A DNA stretch of 64,000 bases from Octopus sinensis (lineage: Eukaryota): assembly GCF_006345805.1 (NCBI RefSeq), contig NC_043000.1, positions 47,368,001 through 47,432,000 on the forward strand, read 5' to 3'. Of the stretch, positions 41,501-55,351 are shown in pieces; position 1 is the first letter of the stretch, and the number at the start of each line of letters is the position of its first letter. The notes beneath the pieces were generated by a model that was not told the origin of the DNA, did no database searches, and worked only from the letters and a program-made list of their open reading frames with translations. A program made the position numbers and the translations under genes.

Positions 41501-43093
41501 TTAGAGAGTGAGTGAGAGTGAGAGAAAGAGAGAGAGAGAGATGAAGCTCCTTTCCACGTCTTATAGATTCATAAGGGCTGATTTCCCGGTTTCCATAGCG
41601 TATATAGTCCCTTCTGGACAGGACGTCGGCACATCGCAGGACTGCTCCTTTTTGCCAGTTGAACATACGGAAGCAACGGGAAATGAAGTGTTTTGCTCAA
41701 GAAAACAGGCATTGCCCGGTTCTGGGATCGAAACCACAATACCTTGACCAGTAAGCCATGCGCCTCCAAAATGCATATTGTATATGGAGGAGTATTCCCC
41801 CAAACAAATTAGTATTAACTTCATACTGGAGCAAACACACTACGGTACTGCATGTGACAAGGCTTGCTCTCTGGAATACTGGATGGTGGTCCGCATAGCT
41901 TCCGTCGTTCCAGTTTTGTTACAAGTCCCGACTCTAGTCAAGATCATTATAGGAGACGTAACCGAAGTTGTATTACAGTAGATATGAACCCGAGACAGCA
42001 CGATTTACAAAGTAAATATTTTAACCAGTCGGCGCACGAACACATACATACACGCTTATTTGAGTGAACATGATATATGCAAATACGGATAAATGGACAT
42101 TAAAACACTGTTCATCATTTCTGCCGTTCGTAATGATGACGACGTTGATAACAAATGCAATGGTGGTGGTAGTGGTGGTGGTGGTGGTGATGTTAATAAA
42201 ATGATGATGATAATGGTCATGGTGTTGGTGGTGGTGGTGGTGATGATGATGATGATGATGGTGACGACACTGATGACTGGTCAGACAGACGGATTAATTT
42301 TAAAAAATTAATATGAATGTTAAAAATAATTATTAATTTTAAAGTATTACTCTTAATTCATTCAAAATTTCCTTTTTTTTAATTAAAGAAAACATACGTT
42401 TTTTTCTTTACTTTCAGTTGATGTCACTTTAATTAAAGCTATCTAGACAACCTCGTAAAGATACCTAGGAGTAACTTGATACGATAGTATATCATCTGGT
42501 TCAACGTGTACCAATTAGACAAGAGAGAGCATAGAAAACATTAGAGATGATCAACGTTCAAAAATAACAATACAAAAAAAATAAACGAAAGACAAAAGAA
42601 AAACCAACAAAAGAACAATTAGGATAACCAACGGAAAGAAAAATAATTATGACAGGAAATCTAATCATGAGGAATTTTTTCCCTTTCCGTCTCTTTATGG
42701 TTTCTTTATTTTTTTTTCTATTCTTTTCTTTTCTTTTGTCGAGAAAACAAAATTGGTCATATTACGAATGTCTCTAGGACAACAGTGGATGATCAAAAGC
42801 ATTGTCTGAAAGGAGCAAAATAAAAATAGTAATATTAATAATAGTAATAAATAGATGACGAATAAAAAAAGGAAACAGAGAAAGTAAAAAAAAATAAAAA
42901 CAAAGAGAGAAATACTTTCGATAATTATTCGATCTTCTTATGTGTGAATTCTTTCATGAGATCAAGAACATTTATTAATTTGCATCTAGTTATGCGTTAT
43001 GTGTATGAGGATGTGTATACATGCATACATCCACCCATCCATCCATCCATCCATCCATCTATATATATATATGTGTGTATGTAAGTAAACATA

Positions 43094-43137
<44 letters not shown>

Positions 43138-43163
43138 ATATATATATATGTAACAAAACATTC

Positions 43164-43206
<43 letters not shown>

Positions 43207-43554
43207 TACACATACATATATAGATATATGCGCACAAACATATACTTATGTAAATATATGTATATACACGCACACACATATATATGTGTGTATTTGTGTC
43301 CTCAAACAAATCCACACTCACAGTCACACGCGCACACACGTGTGTGTGTGTGTGTTTCACAAGCAATATAAATAGAACTCAATATATGAATTGGAGATTA
43401 TGTATATTATTTATTAGCAGTGAAAGAAGCTGAATGCCTTAGAGACCCAGATTTTCGTGCAAATGCACTTATCAGGTTTGACAAGTGCATTGACACGAGA
43501 TTTTCACTCTGAGAAAATAGCTTCACACCTGATAAATACCAACATGTTCAAGGA

Positions 43555-43950
43555 AATGGGTAATTCGATTACATCGACCGCAATACTTCACTGGTACTTA
43601 TATTTTATCGACACCGAAAAAATATATTTCTTTACTGCCCAGAAGGGGCTCAACATAGAGGGGACAAACAAGGACAGACGAAGGGATTGAGTCGATTATA
43701 TCGCCCCCAATGCGAAATTGGTACTTGATTTATCGACCCCGAAAGGATGAAAGGCAAAGTTGACCTCGGCGGAATTTGAACTCAGAAAGTAACGACAGAC
43801 GAAATACCGCTAAGCATTTCGCCCGGTGCGCTAACGTGTCTGCCAGCTCGTCAACCTCGACGGAATTTGAACTCAAAAGAACGAGATGACAGACAAAACG
43901 TCTCTAAGCGTTTTGCCCGGCATACTACTGGTTCTTCCAGCTGGTCGCTT
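43555..43950 (-). mobile_element. Family A SINE cluster (young tailed copy within older fragments)
   Basis: TTTATCGACCCCGAAAGGATGAAAGGCAAAGTTGACCTCGGCGGAATTTGAACTCAG core plus tail. Confidence 0.82.
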
Positions 43951-44810
43951 TATGCTCTCTATATTATGGCTGCCTGCACCTTGTGTTTTAATCGTGATAT
44001 GGTCAAATTTGCCTTCTATACGGATATAAAGGAAATATTCAGCGAAGGACGGCTTTGCAGAACTGATGTTAAGTGCGATATGTCGTACAGTATCAGTTTC
44101 ATCTTGCGTTGAGGGACGATACTGAACAGTCTCTTGTAGAGGACTTTAGGAAACATCACAATTTTCCTTCTGTTTATCATCCTTCTTCGCAACACACAAT
44201 CTGTCATGAGAGTTAGATTCCGGTTTGGAATAAACATCTATCTTGCAGAATACAATAGAATATATACGTATAAACGTACAAATATATAATTTCTTAATGC
44301 TCTATGTATCGTCTTTGGATAATTTGAAATGTATTGTATATGATCTTTGATACAGATACAATTTTAGTTTCATCATAAAAAAAATGAACGAAGTGGTTGT
44401 ATTTGGTCTTATTACAGGTTTTCACTTCTGCGGGGAAAATTGTGATATTAGCACAATGTGATTGCCGTCTTTAAAGATAATCATCCAAAAACGACTATCA
44501 ATATTCTTTCCATAACAATTTTGTGGCACATAGCTATCCATTGTGCATCTATACAAAGTTACATAAAAGTTCATGCGTTAACACTGTACCTTAAAGCGTG
44601 TGTTTAATAACAAATACAAATATTACATGTCACAAACACACTGAGACATATATGTATGCATGTATACATGTATGTACGTATGTATATGTGCGCATGTATG
44701 CATGTATGTATGTATGTATGCATTTATTTATTATGTATACATGCATGTATGCATGCATGTATAAGCGAGTGTATGTTTCTTACTTTCTTGTATAATAATA
44801 ATAATAGCAA

Positions 44811-45347
44811 TACCAGGCAGTGGCTCTCATGGCTTCTGATCTTAACTGATTGGAATGTTATCATGTACATTGTTTTGCTTGGTATAAAAGATGGGCTACA
44901 GCAAATATTCTGCCCAATACCACAGATTTGCATGTCAGTTGCTTGACCTTAACCAGTTGAGAATGTCCCTTAGTGGCTGACGATATGCGCACCTCTGATC
45001 ACGAGCAGAAATAGTGGGGAGAGGGCATCATATCCATGTGTTGAGAGGAATTCTTTGGAGTTTGGATAAGTCACCTCTGAAAACATGGGTGTTTTGTTCA
45101 ACATCCTTAAACAACCCTCATTTAGGGATATTTTGAGCGAGAAAGGCTACTCGACCTGTAAAGAATTCTAACTGGGCCCCACCTGCAATGTCATGCGCTG
45201 TTTATCTTGATCAATACGTCGCGCATATATGGCTGTGATGCATGTGCCTGGTGCACTCTTACCAGATGGGTAGTCATGTTGGCTATACTAGGCTTCGTAT
45301 ATTTTACCCCAGTGTCACTTTGATGACATGCACTGCTCTCTCACTCA
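44811..45347 (+). mobile_element. ~530-bp non-coding interspersed repeat with (AAT)n tail, copy 2
   Basis: Matches the reverse complement of 4349-4885; (AAT)n on both sides. Confidence 0.8.
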
Positions 45348-45369
45348 ATAATAATAGGAATAAGAATAA

Positions 45370-45800
45370 TTACGGTTTCAAATTTTGCCAAAAGGGCAGG
45401 TATTTTTGGGGAGTGGATGGGTCGATTTCATCAATTCCAGTGTTCAACTGTTACATATTTTGTCGACCATGAAAAAATGAAAGGCAAAGCTGACCTCGGC
45501 GGAATTTGAACTCAGAACGTAGCGACGGGTATAATACCTATTTCTTTATTACCCACAAGGGGCTAAACATAGAGGGGACAAACATGGACAGACATAGGTA
45601 TTAAGTCGATTACATCGACCCAAGTGCATAACTGGTACTTAATTTATCGACCCCGAAAGGATGAAAGGCAAAGTCGACCTCGGCGGAATTTGAACTCACA
45701 ACGTCACGGCAGCCGAAATACCGCTAAGCATTTCGCCCGACGTGCTAACAATTCTGCCAGCTCGCATTTCAGCGCACTAACGATCCTACCACCTCACCGC
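45370..45800 (-). mobile_element. Composite family A SINE with junction near 45537/45538
   Basis: Minus strand GGGTAATAAAGAAATAG joined to GTATT and an older body. Confidence 0.82.
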
Positions 45801-45899
45801 CTAATGATAATGATAGTGATGATGATGATAATGATGATGATGATGAGCAGGAGGAGGAGGAGGAGGAGGAGGAGGATTTCTTTTCTTTTCTTTCTTATA

Positions 45900-46340
45900 T
45901 TTTTAATAGCAGTAACTAACTGCTTAGAGGTCAAATTCCATTTTAGTATCTTCACTACTAGCAATACCACCTTCCGATCACCAACCATTGAGTTATTGAT
46001 AATATTAAAAGTCTTTCATTTGAATTTGACTTCAACATCTATTATTATCTCCTCAGATATTCTTTTCCTAATAATTTCTTTTATTTCAGTCTCTTTGATC
46101 TTACAGGCTTCTAGTATTCTTAAGTGCTTGTATCTATTCAACTCAATATCTTTCATTACTTCACCATCAGATAACACTATTCCATAGGTTGACACAATCC
46201 TCCTTCTTTTTCACTTGAAGTGTCCTGAATTCCACTGTTATATCTTCAATAAATAAATGAATAGTTTTCAATGAAACTGCATCTGGTTTTCACTCTTTTC
46301 GAATAACTTGAAATCATCCATCAACAAAAGATGGGCGATT
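45900..46340 (-). mobile_element. Decayed RT fragment of an RLE-type LINE
   Basis: Minus strand HLLLMDDFKLF (YxDD region) and YKHLRILE (YKYLG motif). Confidence 0.6.
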
Positions 46341-47199
46341 TAAATAATTTCATTCAGCAATAGCATGTCAGTTACGAATAAAATAGGTGGCGTATTATAA
46401 CCTTGGAAAGTTTCTCCTTATTTAAACTAATCCAGATACTTCTCCTAACATTCTCAAATCAGTCTTCTACCGGTGCATACTAGCTCTGATGAAATCCGGT
46501 ATTCGCTAAATTGAAACGTTTCATACATATTATTACCCACAAAAGAGGTATCATGTCGCACTTATACATATACGTGAAAAAAAGAAAGAAAGAAAGAAAG
46601 AAAGGATAAAGAAAAAAAGAAAGATGTAATTATTATAATCTATTTACGCCATTGCTAAATTGGTATAACTCCTCGTAGAATATTTCGGCACTGATTTGGC
46701 AGCCAGTAATTGATATTATGTCCCTCAACTGTTTTTACGACAGCCTTCCTGTTAAACAGGTAGTATTTGATGTTCCACAAGAAAGAAATACAATCAGCAA
46801 TTTTTCTGATTTGCAATTTCTTGATTAGTGCGAGATATAACACAAGACGGAAATGATCGAATTTTTTCCTATTTCTTTTTTTTTTACATTTTACTGGGTC
46901 TTTCCAGTACAAAACAATTTTCCCACGTGTTTTTAATAAAAGTAACGTTACTCTATTATATTTGACACTATCTGGCCAGAGAATAAAGGAAGAAACTTGA
47001 TCAGTTTTGAGGAGGTGAAGATAACTTTCGGGAATAGTTTAAAGCTAATAGTTCGGAATTGTTGTTGGTTGGTGTAAAATTCTTTTGTGTAATAGAGACA
47101 GTAGGTTGTATTGATAAAGATGACTTTTGGAGAAGCAGAATAGAGAAAAAAAGATACATTTTAGGTTGGAAAAACAATAAATTCATACTTCAAAAAAGA

Positions 47200-47530
47200 T
47201 ATATCCAATTGTTTGAATAAGCAAGAGAGTGAAAATCAGATTTAAAGGTTGGAATTAAAGCATCTAATTTGTACAACAGAGGGACAAGCACTTAGAACAA
47301 AGTGTACGTCGATAAGAACTTTTGAATTACCGTTATGTAGAATTTGTGGGGGAAGTGATGAAAGCAGTAGCGTTAAAGTGAGAGAATGCAGTAAATATGA
47401 TCATAGAAAATACAAAACAAGCCTCGACAGCAAGCGCCTATGGTTCAGTGAAAACTATGCAACTAATATATTTTGGATAGAGCTCTTAGATACGAATATC
47501 ATGTAGCAAAAACTCGTTTGAGGATAGAGA
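47200..47530 (+). mobile_element. Decayed CCHC zinc-knuckle region of an RLE-type LINE
   Basis: LICTTEGQALRT..LCRICGGSDES..ECSK..KYKT matches the AQEQALxT..CRxC..E..C..Y..RHD layout. Confidence 0.65.
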
Positions 47531-50500
47531 TTAATCGAAACTATCGACCCAATATTTTTTTACCTTAGATACAAAGACAGAAAGTTAATGAGAGGGACAA
47601 TCAACTACACTGATTCCATAATGTGGAGTTACTTTATTTTCATCGACTCTGCCTCTTATCTTATCGACTCACCCTCTTATTTTAACCTACATCGGGAAGA
47701 AATTTGTTCCTCGCATTCGTGAGACGTTGAAAAGTCGATTAAGACTTAACTGGAGAAGGAAAACTTGTTCTCAGTTTTTCCAGTTGTCTCCATTACAAAA
47801 TCTGTTTCATAGTTTCTTTGTAGCCACTAGATAGACTTTAGTTGCTCTTCACTCATCTTGGACAGAGCTGACTGGAAACACTCTCACTGGAAGAATTTAA
47901 CTCGAAATTGCAATACCCACTTGATCAGTCGCAAGGCAGCACTGTAAAAGCAGGGAATTTGGAAGCTATCCTGAATCTCCGGATTGGAACTCTATGAAAC
48001 AACCCGGCCAGTTGATTCTCATCAAAGCCAAACTTTTTTGAGAACTTTGTTGCTGCTATGGAATGCTAACATGAAAGTTCTACCAATTATATTATATTTA
48101 ACACAATTGATGGAGGGCCTACCAGGTGGTTTGTTTTGGTTTTCGCTTGACGAGCTGTGAGAAACCAGGCTTAACAAAGGATGGCCACAAAACCTCATCT
48201 TCCGAAAATACCTGCACAGACTACATCCTTGCTATGTTTGGCCAACATCAGCTACGCTATATCAAGAAAAGCTTTAAGAGAGTTTGGGAAACTGATGATT
48301 TTCATCATCAGAAGCACACATTGATCCTCCTCAAGAAGCAAAACAGCCAAACGTTCTAATCTCGTCAAATGATAAAATAGAAAATGCAAGATGATTAGAG
48401 GGCAGATATAACGGAGTTGGTGTACGCGTTTGCCAGACTTTTAAGGAATAGCTTCCACTCTATTTCTGGATGAGACTGGCAATCCCTTTTATACGGTCTC
48501 TTACCAACCTAACTTGAATTATTTGTCAACCAGTTCAGCTGCTCCATCAGTCCAGCCTCCTACAACGGAGGCCGGTGACAGTAAGTTGTTTATTCATGTG
48601 CCACTCACCGACTTATCCGACTTAATTTTAGCTTCTTTTCTTGGTTTATATTCCTTTATTACAATAACGATAACTTCAAATTCTAAGGTTGAAATAATCG
48701 TTTACATCGTCTGAGTAAGATTCAGTGTATACTAAAGTAATGAGATCCAATATGGTTGAAGGACTAAGAGTATGATACAAAACGATTCAGATTGGAGTAG
48801 TGATTAGTTGGCAACGTATTCTGAAATGATGCACGCTTTGGAAACGATTCCAGAACGTAATACACCGTGGGCAGTCACTACCTATCGATAGACGATCTGA
48901 CTGAAAAGTTTCGATTGATTCCTATTGAACAAAATTCCACCAAAGCCATATTTATCGCCACCTCTTCGCTTCTCTCTGTAATGCATCACTTGAGATATAG
49001 GTTGTTGAAGCAGATGTACTCGAGCTCTATTTTATAACATTACACACTGTTAGAACAAAAAGATAATAAAAATTGTTATACTAGTAATAAAGAAAATTCA
49101 ATACTCTCACTTTTATGGAAGATTGAGCCATACTTGTTATCATCTCCAAAACAGACACGTTTACTTTAGTGTATTTTTTTAATTCTGTGAATGAAATGAG
49201 CATGGAGGTAAACCCAACTCCTGCTGGAAATAGCAGCCAAATTTCTACCAAATTGTAGCATATCTTTTTGAAATAGATAATGTAAACCAAGATACACTAT
49301 ACATCACATGTAACATTTTAAGCTGGGACAGCTTTCGTCATAGTTCTATTCAAAGTTGACTTACAGCTAAATAACAAGAACTACTAAGACTACTACTGCA
49401 ACTATTTGTAGCAGCAGCATCAGCATCAGCAGCAGTAGCAGCAGCAGCAGTAGTAGTAGCAGCAGCAGCACCAGCAACAGTAGTAGTAGTAGTAGTAGTA
49501 GTAGTAGTTAGATTTGCGTCGGGCGAAATTTATTACGATTTTTATTCAGGATTCTCCCGTTTTAAGTTCAAATCTCGCCAAGGTCAAATCTACCTCCAAA
49601 TGCACCATTCCAGGGCAGTGGACTACTGTAATCGTTAGAGCGTCAGAGAGCTATTTTCCTCAGATTTTTGCTTTCTAATTTTAAACCACATCGTGTTTCT
49701 ACTAGAGTCGTGAACTTAATCCATGACCTACCAAATAACTACACGATAAAAAAAAATAGTGGTGCGTTGTGGTTAGTTTATTGTCCGGTCATTTAAGATG
49801 AATATAAATGCTTTGGAAATGAAGACAACGTAGTGATATTAATAGAATAGAAATTGCCGATTTTTTAAAAAGTTGTCTGATATTCTATTAACAAAGACCT
49901 TTCGACATTTCTGGCTCTCTGTTTTCAAAAATAAAAAGAGAAATGCTACAGTTATTTTATTGTCTTCAACATTAATAAATAAATTTGAAAATGTTGGCAA
50001 GTACAACGTCAGAAATGAAACCGTCACAGAATTATAGTATCAAACGTATATAGAAAAACAATAAGAAAACAAAGTGAATATGATTGGTATTAGATTAATC
50101 TCTGAAGACTAATTATATTCTAATGTTTTGTTTTGTTTTGTTTTTTTGTTTCTTTTGTGATTTTTTTTTCTCTTGATGACATTTCTGCATCACTAATTTA
50201 TTTCCTTATCAGTTTTGCATGCATTGTTCTGTTTTAAGCTCCGTGCACATTCTAAAGCTTCTCGTTTTTATCATTGACTAGTAGGTGTTCCGACAACTAT
50301 GGCTTTATATTAAGATTCTACGATATCTATAAACTAATAATACTAATAAATATAACAGTAACGATAACCATTACTCTGAATATTATTGTCGCCATTATCA
50401 TTACTCAATAAAGCAGTGAGCTGGCAGAATCGCTAGCACACCGACCAAAATGCTTAGCGTCATTTCATTACGTTCTGAGTTCAAATTCCGCTGAGGTAGG

Positions 50501-50793
50501 CTTAGCATTTCATCCTTTTGGAGTACCAGATAAATTAAGTACCAGTGAAACACTTGTGCTTTTAGTAGAAAGGCTTATTATTAATAATATGATCATCGTT
50601 ATCATCCTTATCTTTTCTTTATTGACTTCAAGCAGTGAAGATGATACAAAAATACGGAACATGCATTAGCAATTACGAAAAGTAAGGTGTGAAAGACAAA
50701 TTTATAAGTACGAAAGAAAGGAGTGAGAAATGTTGGTGCTCCATCATGGCCGCAATCAAATGACTGAAACAAGTAACAAAGAGTAACATAGTA

Positions 50794-50860
<67 letters not shown>

Positions 50861-50862
<2 letters not shown>

Positions 50863-52116
50863 CTTAGAATAACTTAGAAAGGTTTTTGGCCAGTATTGGC
50901 CCAGGCCATGTCTAACTTAATAGCACCACCTGGCGAAGTCTTTCAGTTCAGGATTTGGGCACCAAGGCCCATTCGAGCAGAGAGTTATTGTTTGCGGAGA
51001 CATATCCGGGTGTGGGTGGTTTGTCCGGTACTGTTTGAAGGAATTTGTCCAAAGACTTCTTGAATTTTGTGTGGTCAGTTTCTTTTTTGACGTGTCCTGG
51101 TGTAATGTTGAAGAGAGCGGGTCCAATTGAGGTGAAATAGTTGTGCCGTATTGTCGTTATGTGATGCGATTTATATTTTTGTTGTGGACGGATGGCACGT
51201 GGTCCAAGCCTTGGATGCATTTTGAAGGTGATGCCAACATCATTCGGACAGTGCTGATGGAATATTTTCCACATCATACAGATAATGTAGCGTTCACGGC
51301 GTCGTTGGAGTGAATACAATTTCAGCTTCTCTAGTCTACCCCAGTAGTCAAGGTCTGACATGCCATCTATCTTTTTTGTGATTGACCTTTGGGGAGCTTC
51401 AATTCTCATAATATTTTGTTTTGTGTAGGGAGACCACAGTGGACAGCAGTATTCAAGGTGGGGTCGGGCAAAAGTGGAGAAGAGAAGGATAATAGCGTGG
51501 GAATCTCTCGACTGGAAGGTTCTGAGAATCCAGGAACACATTCTGCGGGCCATGTCAACTTTGCTGCTTATATGTGTAGCCCAGCTTATGTTGTTGTCCA
51601 CTGTTACTCCCACGTCTCTGATGTTGTTGGATGCCATGAGAATTTCTCCAGAAGGAAGAGAGTATGGGAGTTTCAGAGCGTCCTCCCTTCCAAAGTGGAT
51701 CAGTTCGAATTTGTCTTCATTTAGCAACATGTTATTCTTTTCCGCCCATTGGACAACAGCCAGTAGGTCTGACTGAAGGTTTATTCGGTCATCCACGCCA
51801 TTGATGACCTTCTGGAGCTTGGAATCATCAGCGAAGGTTCTGATGTTACTGTGTTTGATGGTGTCAGTAATATCATTTATGTAGATGATGAAGAGAAGTG
51901 GGCCCAACACAGTGCCTTGTGGGACACCACTGCTGACTTTGGCTGGGCTGGATTTGACTCCTTCGACTACAACATGTTGGGTTCTGCTAGACAGGAAGCA
52001 CTTGATCCATTGCAGCAGCTTTCCAGTGACACCAATATTGGACAGCTTTCTCAGAAGGATCTTATGATCAACCCTGTCAAAGGCCTTGCTGAAATCAAGG
52101 TAGATGACATCAGTGT
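50861..52116 (-). mobile_element. Young 5'-truncated CR1-group LINE, copy 1 (open RT C-terminal frame to the stop at 50948)
   Basis: DVIYLDFSKAFDRVDH, SGVPQGTVLGPLLFIIYIND, FADDSKL, RPHLEYCCPLWSP, LYSLQRRRERY; 3' tail TTCTAAGTTA-TTCTAAGTT; embedded in (TA)n. Confidence 0.96.
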
Positions 52117-52135
52117 TATATATATATATATATAT

Positions 52136-53391
52136 AACTTAGAATAACTTAGAAAGGTTTTTGGCCAGTATTGGCCCAGGCCATGTCTAACTTAATAGCA
52201 CCACCTGGCGAAGTCTTTCAGTTCAGGATTTGGGCACCAAGGCCCATTCGAGCAGAGAGTTATTGTTTGCGGAGACATATCCGGGTGTGGGTGGTTTGTC
52301 CGGTACTGTTTGAAGGAATTTGTCCAAAGACTTCTTGAATTTTGTGTGGTCAGTTTCTTTTTTGACGTGTCCTGGTGTAATGTTGAAGAGAGCGGGTCCA
52401 ATTGAGTTGAAATAGTTGTGCCGTATTGTCGTTATGTGATGCGATTTATATTTTTGTTGTGGACGGATGGCACGTGGTCCAAGCCTTGGATGCATTTTGA
52501 AGGTGATGCCAACATCATTCGGACAGTGCTGATGGAATATTTTCCACATCATACAGATAATGTAGCGTTCACGGCGTCGTTGGAGTGAATACAATTTCAG
52601 CTTCTCTAGTCTACCCCAGTAGTCAAGGTCTGACATGCCATCTATCTTTTTTGTGATTGACCTTTGGGGAGCTTCAATTCTCATAATATTTTGTTTTGTG
52701 TAGGGAGACCACAGTGGACAGCAGTATTCAAGGTGGGGTCGGGCAAAAGTGGAGAAGAGAAGGATAATAGCGTGGGAATCTCTCGACTGGAAGGTTCTGA
52801 GAATCCAGGAACACATTCTGCGGGCCATGTCAACTTTGCTGCTTATATGTGTAGCCCAGCTTATGTTGTTGTCCACTGTTACTCCCACGTCTCTGATGTT
52901 GTTGGATGCCATGAGAATTTCTCCAGAAGGAAGAGAGTATGGGAGTTTCAGAGCGTCCTCCCTTCCAAAGTGGATCAGTTCGAATTTGTCTTCATTTAGC
53001 AACATGTTATTCTTTTCCGCCCATTGGACAACAGCCAGTAGGTCTGACTGAAGGTTTATTCGGTCATCCACGCCATTGATGACCTTCTGGAGCTTGGAAT
53101 CATCAGCGAAGGTTCTGATGTTACTGTGTTTGATGGTGTCAGTAATATCATTTATGTAGATGATGAGGAGAAGTGGGCCCAACACAGTGCCTTGTGGGAC
53201 ACCACTGCTGACTTTGGCTGGGCTGGATTTGACTCCTTCGACTACAACATGTTGGGTTCTGCTAGACAGGAAGCACTTGATCCATTGCAGCAGCTTTCCA
53301 GTGACACCAATATTGGACAGCTTTCTCAGAAGGATCTTATGATCAACCCTGTCAAAGGCCTTGCTGAAATCAAGGTAGATGACATCAGTGT
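52136..53391 (-). mobile_element. Young 5'-truncated CR1-group LINE, copy 2 (tandem duplicate, 1275-bp period)
   Basis: Same truncation point and tail as copy 1; differences seen at 51132/52407 and 51892/53167. Confidence 0.96.
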
Positions 53392-53897
53392 TATATATAT
53401 ATATATATATATATAGAAATGGACGAATTAAAATTTTAAGATTGTATATATTTGCACGAAATTAAATTTAAAAATCGTATTACAAAACAGATAGAAATAA
53501 AAGCAAAGGAATGGAAAAGGAAAATTTACTGGCTAGGTTGTTTGGGGCCACTCAGTGACCTTTGTACGAGTGCAAAAACTGTACGAGTGAACAACTTTTG
53601 GGAAATTTGGTATTGAAAGGTACCAATATCCTTATAGTTATTTCTTTTAAGTCCGTTGTAATGCCTTAGTTATACTTTCATTAATAATATATCATATGCA
53701 CATTGATTATATTCTGCACCTAACTTTAAATTATTCCCAATGTGACACCACATCCGTGCAATTTTGCCTATAATCTATTTGTTTGATTTTCTAAGACGGT
53801 AAACCTTAGCTTTTCTTTCTCCTCTTCCTTTTCTTGGTTATTTTCTTCTCTCTCTTTCTCTCACTCACTCTCTCTCACACACACACACTCTCTCTCT

Positions 53898-53935
<38 letters not shown>

Positions 53936-54513
53936 ATCCAGCTATTTATTTATTTGTCTTTTCAGTTTTTCGGGGGCTATCAGCACTGAAATAATATAGT
54001 AACTAGGTCTTCTGCTTCAGTCATTAACTTAAATACACTTGATTAACACATTTTCCGCCACCTACTTACATTCTTTTGTGAACCCTTAAATACTAATCAC
54101 CTAAAAGCTGACATACAAAGCAACATACCTAATACAATGGTCAGCACACTAGACTGCGCTCTAAGATTTAACCTTCATGTTCTCAATACAAAACTCAAAT
54201 ATTGCATTAATATTTAAATAAAACCAGCGACAAACAACTCAAGGGAAAGATCTGCTGTCTAGCGACCTAACTACATCTCTTTGTGAACACATATGATCTG
54301 AAGATGACAAACCTAATAGATATACATATACATACATGTATAAGTTTTAGCAATTAGCGCTTATCCAATCTTAATCAGTAGAAATTCTCCATACCTTTTA
54401 GCCACCAGGACCAAACATACAACATAATCACCATTCAACAGAACCCAGGTTGCCATAGAATGTTTTTAACTTGAAAGAGACTATATAAAGCCAAGAGGAA
54501 CTTAAATGAATTA

Positions 54514-54562
54514 CAGTCCGATGATGACTTAGCTGGTCGAAACTTCGTTATCACTGTCACTG
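54514..54562 (+). ncRNA. Type I hammerhead ribozyme motif (Penelope-like terminus)
   Basis: CAGT-CCGATGA-T-GAC TTAGCTG GTC-GAAAC-loop-GTC-ACTG: stem I CAGT/ACTG, GUC triplet, core U4 replaced by C. Confidence 0.55.
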
Positions 54563-55351
54563 CTATTCGTGTTAAAGAATAATGAATGTGTACTCTACAA
54601 AATGTACTGAAGAATACTTCAAATTAATATAAACTGTTTTGATTTCAGCATAAAGACACCTATATATGTATATAAGCACCGGCTAGTCATAAATTATCTT
54701 CAAAGTTGATGTTATATGCAATTTGGCAGTCATTTTATGCGAAAATATAGTGTTAATAATTATTAAATGTTTGTAAAGCTATAAAACGAACTAAGTTTTT
54801 TTTCTACAGACTGGTGTTGACGGCAAGCTAAGATTATTATATATTTTTCCAAGTGCTCAAAATAAAATTTCATTTGGTAATGATTCAAGAAGTCGTGTCT
54901 CGAAGAAAGATGAAAAAAAATGACTGCTTCGTAATATGGGAGCCAACTATAAGAGTACTCAGTACTCAGCTGGTACTTATTTTATCGATCCCTAAAGTAT
55001 AAATGGCAAAGTCAACTTCTGTAGAATAATTGCTTCAAATTTTGGTGCAAGGCAAGCAGTTTAGGGGAGGGAATAAGTCGATTACGTCGACCCCAGTGCA
55101 CAATTGATGCTTATTTTGACCCCGAAAAGATGAGAAGGCAAAGTTGACCTCGGTGGAGTTTGATCTCATAACAGAAAGAACAGGAAGAAATGTCACTAAG
55201 CATACATACACACACACACATACAAATACACACACACATACACACACATACATACATACTTACACACACATGCATACATACATACATACATACATACATA
55301 CATACATACATACATACATACATACATACATACATACATGCATACATACAT

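Noticed and set aside
47700-48500. Faint RT-like trace (KSFKRVW resembling KAFDRVW)
   Set aside because: One weak motif only; probably an old LINE but not supportable.
51389-53416. Plus-strand ORFs overlapping the LINE copies
   Set aside because: Antisense shadows of the RT frame.
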